Source: a virus (Duplodnaviria; Caudoviricetes). From it: a DNA stretch of 64,000 nucleotides. A program made the position numbers and the translations under genes. Shown here one piece after another: positions 9,428 to 17,751 of the stretch; within the stretch, counting starts at the first letter, position 1; each line of letters opens with the position of its first letter. The notes under the pieces were generated by a model. The model did not search any database and had not been told where the DNA came from. It saw only the letters and a program-made list of their open reading frames with translations. The stretch spans positions 767 through 64,766 of IMG/VR virus record IMGVR_UViG_3300034198_007771. One strand, 5' to 3'.

Positions 9428-10893
9428 AAAATACCTCCGTACTGATTCTGCCGAGCCAAGGCGTTGTAGGCCGCACCGGCTGTGAGGGGCCTGAGAACGC
9501 CCGGTACAGCTTGTGGCCGCATCGGGTTCATCGTCGACACAAGCGGTGAGTCACCGGCTGATGCACGGAACGCTGGCTGCTCGACCTGTTGTACCAGCGT
9601 GGTTGGGTTGATCGGCACACGCTCGCCGTCGATGGCACGAATACGCATCTGGTCGATCAGGTCTTGGTCCCACAACACCCTATCGCCTGCGAAGCCTTTT
9701 ATCGACGAAGGTGTCATGGCCCCTGGGTAGCCAGTAGCTTGTAAGTCTTCAATGCCTGCAAGCCTCGGGTCCACACCAAGCATCTGCTCGGCCGATCCTT
9801 GGGTTGTCCAGTCCGCAAGGGGCACGTTCGGCATGTCTAGTTCGTACTGAACTGCATCTGGAAACCCCTGACGTTCGAGCAGACTCCGTACGTACTTCGG
9901 TGTACGTGGGTCGTCAGACACGTACATGGCTGGACCATAGGTCTTACCGGTCTGCCCAGTGCCAACTTCATTCATGTCAAACATGCCGTACGGATGTTCT
10001 GGCGTAGCTGAAGCGGACCAGTCCCTGCCGACATGCTGTACCCGTTCAAGTTCGGGAGTGTACCCAAGCAGTTTCGGACTTTGCTCAGCGACACTAGCCG
10101 TAGCCGGTGCAACCTCATCCGCCGTCGGACGGTACACCCAGTTACTATCTACCTGCTCGTAACCCATGTGCTGCAGCTTCGCCGCAAAGTCCGGGCTGAT
10201 CACTTCTTCCGCTACGATAGGCTTTCCGAACCCTCTGAGGTAGTTGTGCAGAGACCGATACGCACCACTGCCTGGCTGTCTCGCCTCAATACTCGCCACA
10301 GTTATCGCATCGTCGATCTTCTCTTTACCCAATTGTCGAGCACCGCGTCTCATGTAGAGACGATCGAACATGTCGTTCTCCGGTACATCGAACGACGTTC
10401 TGCCCCCGATGAGGTCCTCTGGTAACGGGCCGGATAGTTTGGCGTCCAGCGTGGACCGTACCATGTCATCGAGGGGGTTCACCATCTCATCCGCCTGCCG
10501 TGCCAACACTCGCGGGTTGACGTAGCTGTACTTCCCGGCCTCGCGTAACGCATTCACAGCGTTGGCCTGTCGTGCTGCCTTACCACCTTTGATGGCACGC
10601 AGCACAGCCCCACCGCTGACGAAGTTCATCGGGTCCAGTGCTACCTCAGCACCGAAGCCAAGCACGTCCTTGACACCCTCCATCGGGTCGGACAGCCAGC
10701 CGGACATACCGGTCTCTTTGTTCGCACCGAGTAATGGCCGTAACACGTCACGCCCGGACGCCCGGTTGTCGCCGGAGAACGGTGTCATCCACTGGTCGAA
10801 CGGGTTCTGCCCCGTCAACAGGTCTCGTACAGACGAGCCAGGCAGGTCGAGTAGGTTGCCAGCGTAGCCGAGGAGTTCAAGCGGGTTTACCAT
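9424..10893 (-). CDS. Putative virion-internal polyvalent protein (shared N-domain + GNAT-like + ART-like)
   Basis: N-terminal ~80 aa closely similar to the 1573-aa protein; SIEARQPGSGAY...LQHMGY GNAT-like; FDMNEVGTGQTGKTYGPAMYVSDDP resembles ADP-ribosyltransferase domains of polyvalent proteins. Confidence 0.55.
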   Translation of the reverse strand: MVNPLELLGYAGNLLDLPGSSVRDLLTGQNPFDQWMTPFSGDNRASGRDVLRPLLGANKETGMSGWLSDPMEGVKDVLGFGAEVALDPMNFVSGGAVLRAIKGGKAARQANAVNALREAGKYSYVNPRVLARQADEMVNPLDDMVRSTLDAKLSGPLPEDLIGGRTSFDVPENDMFDRLYMRRGARQLGKEKIDDAITVASIEARQPGSGAYRSLHNYLRGFGKPIVAEEVISPDFAAKLQHMGYEQVDSNWVYRPTADEVAPATASVAEQSPKLLGYTPELERVQHVGRDWSASATPEHPYGMFDMNEVGTGQTGKTYGPAMYVSDDPRTPKYVRSLLERQGFPDAVQYELDMPNVPLADWTTQGSAEQMLGVDPRLAGIEDLQATGYPGAMTPSSIKGFAGDRVLWDQDLIDQMRIRAIDGERVPINPTTLVQQVEQPAFRASAGDSPLVSTMNPMRPQAVPGVLRPLTAGAAYNALARQNQYGGIL

Positions 10894-11566
10894 CGATCAG
10901 CACCTCTACCTTTGGCTGGCTGTCAAGAATGTCCAACGCCTTACCTGCCGCTTCGACTACGGCCTGCGGGTCAAGCTGTACTATAAGGTCCAACATCCGT
11001 GTACGGAAGTCCTTGTCGACTTCCAACTGAATAGTTGCCGCTTGGCTGGCGATGGCCATGAGGTCTGCCTCTGACACACCGTCAAGCGGATCACCCGTTT
11101 CACCGACCAGACTGTCTCGATCTTTGGCGAGCTTGACCAGCGTGTCGTACAGGCCACGCAGGACTTTATAGTCCACATCATGGAACGCCCGCTGCTCTTC
11201 GTTGAGATGATCACCCCGGATTCGCTTCAGGTCATCGACCATCATCTTGCCAAGCTGGTCTGCCCCACCAAGCTGTTCCATCGCAGCCTCGGCGATATCG
11301 AGCGTGAGCGGTCGACCGGCTTTGCGTACTTCGGCCAGTGCCTCCTTGAAGCCTCGCTGTGGCACCTTAGACGCGACGGTAGCGATCGTCGCAGCGGTTA
11401 TGACTTCGTCTTCGCAACTCATACAGAAACCTCTGGGGGATACGTTCTGCGGGCTCGCAGGCAGGCCACACACGGCACAGATGACCTTGCCCGGAAAGAC
11501 CAAAGAAAAAGGCAGGCAGTGTTGGCTGCCTGCCTTAGCGTCGTCACGGGTTGTCACGAGAATCAC
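10877..11566 (-). CDS. Hypothetical protein with CxxC...CxxC Zn finger; possible terminase small subunit
   Basis: CAVC and CMSC motifs, helical body, DPLDGVSEADL C-terminal motif; upstream of TerL. Confidence 0.45.
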   Translation of the reverse strand: MILVTTRDDAKAGSQHCLPFSLVFPGKVICAVCGLPASPQNVSPRGFCMSCEDEVITAATIATVASKVPQRGFKEALAEVRKAGRPLTLDIAEAAMEQLGGADQLGKMMVDDLKRIRGDHLNEEQRAFHDVDYKVLRGLYDTLVKLAKDRDSLVGETGDPLDGVSEADLMAIASQAATIQLEVDKDFRTRMLDLIVQLDPQAVVEAAGKALDILDSQPKVEVLIDGKPA

Positions 11567-11676
11567 TTCTGCGTGATGGGTGTGAGTGGTACGGCGATAG
11601 GGTTACCGCTGTGTACCGTTTGGACCGTCGAGCCGGAGTGGATACCGGCGGGAGGAGATGCTGGCTGCTGAACCAT
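11563..11676 (-). CDS. Small hypothetical peptide (37 aa)
   Basis: Hand-translated MVQQPASPPAG...; GGTG RBS and GTGA coupling. Confidence 0.35.
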   Translation of the reverse strand: MVQQPASPPAGIHSGSTVQTVHSGNPIAVPLTPITQK

Positions 11677-11721
11677 TTTAGGATCACCGCCTTTCACAGC
11701 CCGTCGCCGGGCAAAGAGACA

Positions 11722-12246
11722 TCAAGGCTTCACGGCTGCGAATGGCGACCGGAAGTAGACTCGTGCAAAATTGCCGGACGTGGCTGCTTCATTGGCTTTG
11801 CCGCAGTGACCGATCGGGTTCGTGCCCGCGGTACCATCGACGAAGAGTCCGTTGGCTGCAGTCTGTACTTCGGCGTTCTGGGTGATGCCGCCAGCGGCTG
11901 CCTTGACTTCACAAGGACCCTGGATGATCAGCCAGAAGTACGCACCGTCTGGAATCGTGCCAGAGACCCAAGGGTCAGCGACACCGTCACAGATGGCGTT
12001 GGCACCGGACAGGGCTCCGACTTCTTTGCCGATCTTTGCGGTCTTATAGGTATAGCCGAGGCTGGGCGTTACGACTCCACCGAGACCGTTCTTCACGAGC
12101 ACCGCGTAGACTGGCGTGCCAGACACGACGTAGGGTGCGTTCGGGTCCGTCCGATCCTGATCCTGGAAGCAAGCAATCTGCCCCAGTGCCCGATCGTCGG
12201 AGATTACGTTGTACTCGCCCAGAGGCTGTTGGATGGTAATAGTCAT
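11722..12246 (-). CDS. Capsid decoration / cement protein
   Basis: Gly/Ala-rich beta protein directly after MCP; GAYFWLIIQGPC motif; start moved to ATG 12246. Confidence 0.65.
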   Translation of the reverse strand: MTITIQQPLGEYNVISDDRALGQIACFQDQDRTDPNAPYVVSGTPVYAVLVKNGLGGVVTPSLGYTYKTAKIGKEVGALSGANAICDGVADPWVSGTIPDGAYFWLIIQGPCEVKAAAGGITQNAEVQTAANGLFVDGTAGTNPIGHCGKANEAATSGNFARVYFRSPFAAVKP

Positions 12247-12271
12247 CTGAAACTCCGTAGAGATTGAATTC

Positions 12272-12301
12272 GAAAGAAAGGAGGCCCGGCCGAAGCCGGG
12301 C
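12272..12301 (-). terminator. Rho-independent terminator after MCP
   Basis: GCCCGGC-TTCG-GCCGGGC hairpin followed by CTCCTTTCTTTC. Confidence 0.7.
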
Positions 12302-12312
12302 GTCACTTATGA

Positions 12313-13458
12313 TCAGGCAGTCTCTGACACGAAGCGGCAGAGGTACTTTGGCAGGAACTTGAAGTTGCCGTAGGTGCTGATGTAGTACAGGTACCCAACG
12401 TGTGGGATGCTGTACTCAGGACCCATGACACCGTAGATGTCGTTGTGCAGGAAGAACGCTTCCACGTACTGCGGCAGGTACATGTAGGCTTCACCGACAG
12501 GGATGGCGTAGTCCATCATGTAGACCATACCGTCGACCTGGAGGGTCTCGCCAGGGAAGCCGAGGTCGCCGTCGCGGAACGGCATGATCTGTCGGTTGTT
12601 CTGGCGGAAGCTGTCCTTGAAGTCTGTGAACATTTCAGACGCCATGCAGACGTTCGGCTGAGCACCAACCATTGACTGACCACCGCGGTGCAGCATTGCT
12701 GTCTGAGCGTAGCTGGTTGCAGCGATGGCGTTCGTTGCCCAGTCGGTTGCACCAGTGCCCCAACCAGTTGCAGCGTAGTTGACGATCACTGGTGAGGTGC
12801 CATCGTACTCGCTTGAGCCCTGACCGAAAGGCCAGTCCTTTGCGAGGTTAGCGTTCGGCTTTGTGGTCATGCCGCTTGACCAGGTTCCACCGAGGTTACC
12901 CAGTACGCAGGACTGACCAGCGTAAGTGCCGTCCGGCTGAGCGATCAAGTCTGCAGCACCGCAAGTGCTTGCAGCGTATGACAGCGGGGTCTTGATACCC
13001 GCAAAGTCGTAGGCATTGGCCGCTACGTTGCCGTCTTTCCAGTAAGCGTTGCAGAGCCGCTCCTGCATCGCCTGAGCAAGTTCTTTGCTCTTGCGAGAGT
13101 AGCGGTCACTGATCTGCTCAGGAGCACCCTGAGCCTGCAGGAACTCCTGCTCTGGCAGGAAGTCCGACCCGCGGTAGCCTTTGATACCGATGTAGAACTG
13201 AATGTCCGTGTCGGTGTTCACGAACTCGATCGGCTGGTTGTCGACGCTTGGCAGCACCTGTGGTTGCTTGACACGAGCGTTCCAGACCTGGCTGTGAGAC
13301 CGGGCGTTGAACGTCATCGAGCCGTACTTACGCAGGTTGTAGAAGGTCAGATAGTTTCGGACAGTGAGGTCCGATACTTCTTTCCAGTAACGTGGTGCCA
13401 AGTCGCGGACAGAGTTGATGTGCCCTGTGACTGATGGCGGGACTAGACTTTGAGGCAT
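12313..13458 (-). CDS. Major capsid protein
   Basis: 381 aa between scaffold and decoration genes; strong codon bias; followed by terminator. Confidence 0.85.
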   Translation of the reverse strand: MPQSLVPPSVTGHINSVRDLAPRYWKEVSDLTVRNYLTFYNLRKYGSMTFNARSHSQVWNARVKQPQVLPSVDNQPIEFVNTDTDIQFYIGIKGYRGSDFLPEQEFLQAQGAPEQISDRYSRKSKELAQAMQERLCNAYWKDGNVAANAYDFAGIKTPLSYAASTCGAADLIAQPDGTYAGQSCVLGNLGGTWSSGMTTKPNANLAKDWPFGQGSSEYDGTSPVIVNYAATGWGTGATDWATNAIAATSYAQTAMLHRGGQSMVGAQPNVCMASEMFTDFKDSFRQNNRQIMPFRDGDLGFPGETLQVDGMVYMMDYAIPVGEAYMYLPQYVEAFFLHNDIYGVMGPEYSIPHVGYLYYISTYGNFKFLPKYLCRFVSETA

Positions 13459-13478
13459 GTGCTACTCCGATTTGGTTG

Positions 13479-14570
13479 TCACTGCAGGCCGACGGCTTGC
13501 AGTCCCGCAAAAGTTGGGAACCCCTGGTTGTCCAGTGGCACTCCCCGCTGCTGCGGAGGTACTGAGTTATTGAGAACTGTACCCGCGGCGTTGAAGCTCG
13601 GGTCAGACACAGGAGGGCGTTGAAGGGCCTGCTGTAACCACGGCTGTGGGGGCTGAGGTGGTGCTGCAGGCTGTGTGCTCTGAAGATATGCCGAGGCTGC
13701 CATGCTGGCGATCTGATGGGCTGCTGTTGGGTCGGTCACTCCCGAGTTCGCTGCCAGGTCCCACGCATCGCGGTAGGCGGCTCCGGCTTGGGTAGGTACT
13801 CGTGTCCCAGCAGGATCTGTCGTCCACAGTTTGGCCTCGTGTTCTTTGATCCATGTTTCGTGTGGCTTCGGAGTCATCGCCGAGAGTTGCTGCTCAAGAC
13901 GCTGGTTTCGCTCAAGCACCTGCTTCATCTGCTCCTGCAGAGGGCTCAGGGCCTGCTCGATTGTCTCTTTACCGTACTTCGAGATGAACGCTCTTGGGTC
14001 TGCGAGTTCAGCCTGGCGAGCTTGTGCTTCCAAAGCCTGGTTGTTCAACTGCTGTGCAACCTGTGTTGCCAGCGGGTTGGTCGCTATCCACTGTCCGTTC
14101 TGCAAAGCCAGCCAGTTGTTCTGCTGGAAGACCGTGGCCATCTTGGTCAGGTCGTCCGCAGGCACAGCCGGTGTTGCTGGCGTTGCCGGTTGAACAGGTG
14201 CCGCTGGTGCGACGGGTGGTCGTTGGCGGTACTGTTCGAGTTCTGTTGCAGTCTGCTCCAAGGCACCATACATGGCATCAAAGAGTTCTCGCTCTGACTT
14301 GAACTGGCCGACTGGGATTCGTCCCATCCGTTCAAGTTCGGCGATGCTGAACTGCTGTTGTGTTGGTTGAGCCGGAGGTTGTGCGGCTGGTACAGGTGTC
14401 GCAGGAGGAGTATTAAAACCCGACCCACCCGGCTGTGACACCGGGGTGGGTGGGTTCGTATCTCCCCCAGCGGAGCGTCCCTGGAAATTTGGTTGTGCTG
14501 GAGGGGGTGTCTGGGCCGCTTGCAGGTCTGCAAACGACGGTAGTGCTGGGATGGTCATTTGGTACTCCAT
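13479..14570 (-). CDS. Capsid scaffolding protein (Pro/Gln-rich, coiled coil)
   Basis: Immediately upstream of MCP; low complexity and coiled coil. Confidence 0.7.
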   Translation of the reverse strand: MEYQMTIPALPSFADLQAAQTPPPAQPNFQGRSAGGDTNPPTPVSQPGGSGFNTPPATPVPAAQPPAQPTQQQFSIAELERMGRIPVGQFKSERELFDAMYGALEQTATELEQYRQRPPVAPAAPVQPATPATPAVPADDLTKMATVFQQNNWLALQNGQWIATNPLATQVAQQLNNQALEAQARQAELADPRAFISKYGKETIEQALSPLQEQMKQVLERNQRLEQQLSAMTPKPHETWIKEHEAKLWTTDPAGTRVPTQAGAAYRDAWDLAANSGVTDPTAAHQIASMAASAYLQSTQPAAPPQPPQPWLQQALQRPPVSDPSFNAAGTVLNNSVPPQQRGVPLDNQGFPTFAGLQAVGLQ

Positions 14571-14682
14571 TGATCTGGGGGATACACAGTCTCGATAATG
14601 AGAATATGTTCCGGCTGGACTTGCAAGACCAATGAATGTACAAATACGCCAGTTTCGGATTCTTCGGTTTTAGGAGGCAGTC

Positions 14683-14925
14683 ATGGATTCAGAAGAGAAC
14701 CCGCTGGAGTTCATCACAACCGCCCAGATGATTGACGAGTTGGAGCGGCGTACGACAGGGCTACTCATTGCTTCGATGGGTGACCACGTTGAGGGGACAG
14801 ACATCTACAACGTGGAGTACCGCGGGTCTATCGGGACCTGCATCGGGCTGGCTCGCATTGCTTCGCTAAGGCTTGAAGCGAAGTTCATGGACTGCGAGAT
14901 CGAGGGTGATGAAGACGATGAGTGA
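14683..14925 (+). CDS. Hypothetical protein, paralog of 966..1193
   Basis: AGGAGG RBS; shared IDEL.RR motif. Confidence 0.75.
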   Translation: MDSEENPLEFITTAQMIDELERRTTGLLIASMGDHVEGTDIYNVEYRGSIGTCIGLARIASLRLEAKFMDCEIEGDEDDE

Positions 14926-15142
14926 GAAGCCTTACATGACGCCGAAGGAGGTCGTCGCGGCTTTACTCAGGCAGGGCATCGAGGTTACGGATGACACCGT
15001 GCGTAACTGGACGACGCTGGGGCTGCAAAACAAGAAAAGCCCTGGGCTTCGTTATCGGCTCAGGGCTATCCGTATTGGCGGGCGTATCCACGTGGAACGG
15101 GCGGACCTTGTCAGGTGGGTTCCGCTGTTGAGGGAGTGTTGA
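14918..15142 (+). CDS. Excisionase-like / MerR-type HTH DNA-binding protein
   Basis: MTPKEV...VTDDTVRNW...LRAIRIGGRIHV pattern. Confidence 0.75.
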   Translation: MSEKPYMTPKEVVAALLRQGIEVTDDTVRNWTTLGLQNKKSPGLRYRLRAIRIGGRIHVERADLVRWVPLLREC

Positions 15143-15338
15143 AGTGGGCAATACGTTCCCCTAGGATATCCGCGTACGTGCTCATGACGGACAGTTGGAT
15201 TCTCAACCTCGACTGCTCCCCGTTGTCCAGCTTCTGGAAACTGTAGCACCCGAGGTAGTTCAGCAGAGCTTTGATTTTTTCATCAAGGTCTCGTTTCTCC
15301 TGTACGACCCTCTGCTGGTACGGCGGTAGATCAATCAC
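15111..15338 (-). CDS. crAss001_48-like small helical protein
   Basis: PYQQRVVQEKRDLDEKI...QLSVMSTYADILGERI pattern; GTG start overlaps recombinase stop. Confidence 0.7.
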   Translation of the reverse strand: MIDLPPYQQRVVQEKRDLDEKIKALLNYLGCYSFQKLDNGEQSRLRIQLSVMSTYADILGERIAHFNTPSTAEPT

Positions 15339-16882
15339 GTACTTACCCTCCTCGCGAGATCTGTCATGCCCTGTGGCACCGCACAATGCGATGCAATCGT
15401 TGTCAGGGTTGACTTGTCACGCAGCCTGCCGGGCAGTGTCTTAGCCACGGCAAGGAATGCCTCCATACGACGCATCGTACGCACGATGGTCAGAATATTC
15501 ATCGGATAGATCACGTCATGCTTGAAGTTCTTCAGCATGATAATCAACCTGAATCGTCGCTCGCTGAACTCGTCTTCCTGCATCTTCTTCAGCTTGGCCG
15601 CGTACATCTTCGCTGGCATGCCGAACTCGCCTGTCACAGGTGGCAGGCCCTTCAGCTTGAGCCACTTGTTCGAGATGACTCGCACAGCCGTTCGCTGGTC
15701 GCGGTAGTTCTTGCCCGTCATGTACAACTCAAGGTACATGTGCATCCGCTCCTCCGCGTTGAAGATCGCATGGAAAGCGTAGTGCTTGAGCCCATTGCTT
15801 CCGGGCGGACGCAAGAACTTCGGCATGAACTCAGCCCGGGCCTTCGCACTGACAGCACACGCTTGCATCTTTCCATGCTTGGTTGACCGGCCGATCTCTG
15901 CCGACTCAAGCTCAGCAAACATAGTCATCATCTGAACTAGGGTCTTGCCGAACGGGGTGTCCGTCCTGAACCCACCTTCGATAGCCATGATCGCTGCACC
16001 GATGTCGTCAATCTGTCGCACGACCCGAGCAGAGTCGTGCAGCGATCGGAACATACGGTCTGGACGCAGCGTGACGATCAAGTCCCCCGGCTGCAGATCC
16101 GCCATCAGCCTCGACCCGGCTTTACGTTTGGCCAGTGGTGTGGTAAAGGCCGATGCCCCCTCGTCGCGATACCACACCACTGGCTTGCCAGAAAACTCTG
16201 GCGGCATCATTCGCTCGATTGCAGCGACCTGGTTCTCGACAGTCTGATCGTTCGTGCTGACTCGCACGTACGCCCGGATCGTCTTGATCGAGTCAAGCTG
16301 TTTCTGCTCTCGACCTGCAGCGACCTGGCGGATGATCTCGGCCATGTCTTTCGTGCTGCACTCCATGACCGGCCGCGGAATCACAGGCCGGGGCTTCTCG
16401 TTAGATACCTTCGACTTACTGATCGTCTTGGCCTCTTTGATCCGGGCACCCATCAGCTCGCTCTTTAGCTGGGCCATGATGCCCAGCATGTAGAGCATGG
16501 CTTTGCCGTTGGCCGTGTTAGTGTTTAGAGCCGGGTAGTCTGTGAAGATCACAGAGATGCCATGCTCGACCCACGTCTCAAGCGTTGTGACGATGTCTTT
16601 CATGCGACGGAACAGTCGGTGTGTGGCTGTGGCCACGACAGTGTCGCCGGGCTTGAGAGCCCCGAGCATAGCCGCCCCACCCGGTCTGTTGCTCAGCGTC
16701 TTCTTGTACGCTGACTTACCGCCGTCGATGAATACACCCGGCAGGTCACAGTTCGTCTCGCGGCCAAGCGGTAGCTGGTACCGCTGGCAGTATTCAAGAC
16801 AGGCTTTTACCTGGGCGTCGACGGAGTAACCTGTGACGTACTGGTCGAGTGTGGACACGCGGGCGTAGATGAAGGTGCTCAT
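15335..16882 (-). CDS. Serine recombinase with two tandem resolvase-type catalytic domains
   Basis: Domain 1 YARVST...FIDGGKSA...RPG...HRLFR; domain 2 YVRVST...YRDEGASA...DRMFR; each followed by an E-helix. Confidence 0.9.
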   Translation of the reverse strand: MSTFIYARVSTLDQYVTGYSVDAQVKACLEYCQRYQLPLGRETNCDLPGVFIDGGKSAYKKTLSNRPGGAAMLGALKPGDTVVATATHRLFRRMKDIVTTLETWVEHGISVIFTDYPALNTNTANGKAMLYMLGIMAQLKSELMGARIKEAKTISKSKVSNEKPRPVIPRPVMECSTKDMAEIIRQVAAGREQKQLDSIKTIRAYVRVSTNDQTVENQVAAIERMMPPEFSGKPVVWYRDEGASAFTTPLAKRKAGSRLMADLQPGDLIVTLRPDRMFRSLHDSARVVRQIDDIGAAIMAIEGGFRTDTPFGKTLVQMMTMFAELESAEIGRSTKHGKMQACAVSAKARAEFMPKFLRPPGSNGLKHYAFHAIFNAEERMHMYLELYMTGKNYRDQRTAVRVISNKWLKLKGLPPVTGEFGMPAKMYAAKLKKMQEDEFSERRFRLIIMLKNFKHDVIYPMNILTIVRTMRRMEAFLAVAKTLPGRLRDKSTLTTIASHCAVPQGMTDLARRVST

Positions 16883-17073
16883 CGTTGTCTCGCTTCCAGC
16901 ATGGCGTCGGCCATCTTGTAGCACATCCTGGCGTCGTCTTCGTAGTATGTGTCTCGGCCAATCCAGCTCATGCTGGCTAGTGCTTTAGCGGCGAAGTAGT
17001 CCCGGAGGGTCATACCCCGCTGCCCGTTTACGTCTGCATCGTTAGAAACTGGAAACGCTCGTTCTTCGTTCAT
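16879..17073 (-). CDS. Conserved small phage protein (GMTLRDYFAAKA family)
   Basis: AFP...GMTLRDYFAAKAL...YKMADAMLEAR motif. Confidence 0.85.
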   Translation of the reverse strand: MNEERAFPVSNDADVNGQRGMTLRDYFAAKALASMSWIGRDTYYEDDARMCYKMADAMLEARQR

Positions 17074-17255
17074 CGTACCAAACTTTCACAAAGGGTTTGA
17101 AACATCCCAGGTGCTTTCAGGCCAGAGTCGCTACGCACGACAAAGCCGATCAGGCTGCTGTCCTCGCACCACGTTACGTGCAGGCCGGGGCCAACGTCGT
17201 CCCAGACGAACTCGACGTTTGCTGGTTTATTGTAGACGAAGCAGAAGGTGACCAT
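17070..17255 (-). CDS. Hypothetical protein
   Basis: TGATG-coupled ORF. Confidence 0.5.
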   Translation of the reverse strand: MVTFCFVYNKPANVEFVWDDVGPGLHVTWCEDSSLIGFVVRSDSGLKAPGMFQTLCESLVR

Positions 17256-17365
17256 CAGAACCACAACTCGTTGTAGCCGTACTCAGGTATCGGACCTATG
17301 CCAAAGCACGCAAGAGCGGCCTGCACCACAGGACGGGTTTTGTTCCAGTACAGTAGTTGAATCAT
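17255..17365 (-). CDS. Small hypothetical peptide (36 aa, MIQLLYWNKTRP...)
   Basis: Hand-translated; coupled at both ends. Confidence 0.4.
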   Translation of the reverse strand: MIQLLYWNKTRPVVQAALACFGIGPIPEYGYNELWF

Positions 17366-17553
17366 TGGTCAACCCTCACAAGTTCCCAGTCAGAACTTCC
17401 TGCTGCGTCAGTGACACGTTCTCTCGTCCAGATCTGCCCGCAGTACTGGCAGAACTTAAACCCGCTGTGGACAGCTTGCTTGGTCTGTCCGCGGTATGCC
17501 TTCAAGTCCTGCGGCTGGCAGCACTCGCGTTCTTCGGTGACTTTGATTTTCAT
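17362..17553 (-). CDS. Small Zn-ribbon protein
   Basis: ECCQ...FCQYCG. Confidence 0.7.
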   Translation of the reverse strand: MKIKVTEERECCQPQDLKAYRGQTKQAVHSGFKFCQYCGQIWTRERVTDAAGSSDWELVRVDQ

Positions 17554-17556
17554 CTC

Positions 17557-17751
17557 TCAGTCCTCCCAGCTAAGTCGGATACGTTTTGCTTCACACCGAA
17601 GTTCTACGGCCCGGCAGTGGTGGAACTTCGCGCTGTCGTACAGGCCCATCGTCCCGGCCAAGTCCTCCTTGTGCTCGTGCCACTCGGCTAGTGCGTCAAG
17701 AATGTCTGGCGTGTCCTCACACACGTCTTGTTCTATGTCGGTCAGCTTCAT
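17557..17751 (-). CDS. Hypothetical protein
   Basis: GAGGT RBS, coupled to primase stop. Confidence 0.65.
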   Translation of the reverse strand: MKLTDIEQDVCEDTPDILDALAEWHEHKEDLAGTMGLYDSAKFHHCRAVELRCEAKRIRLSWED

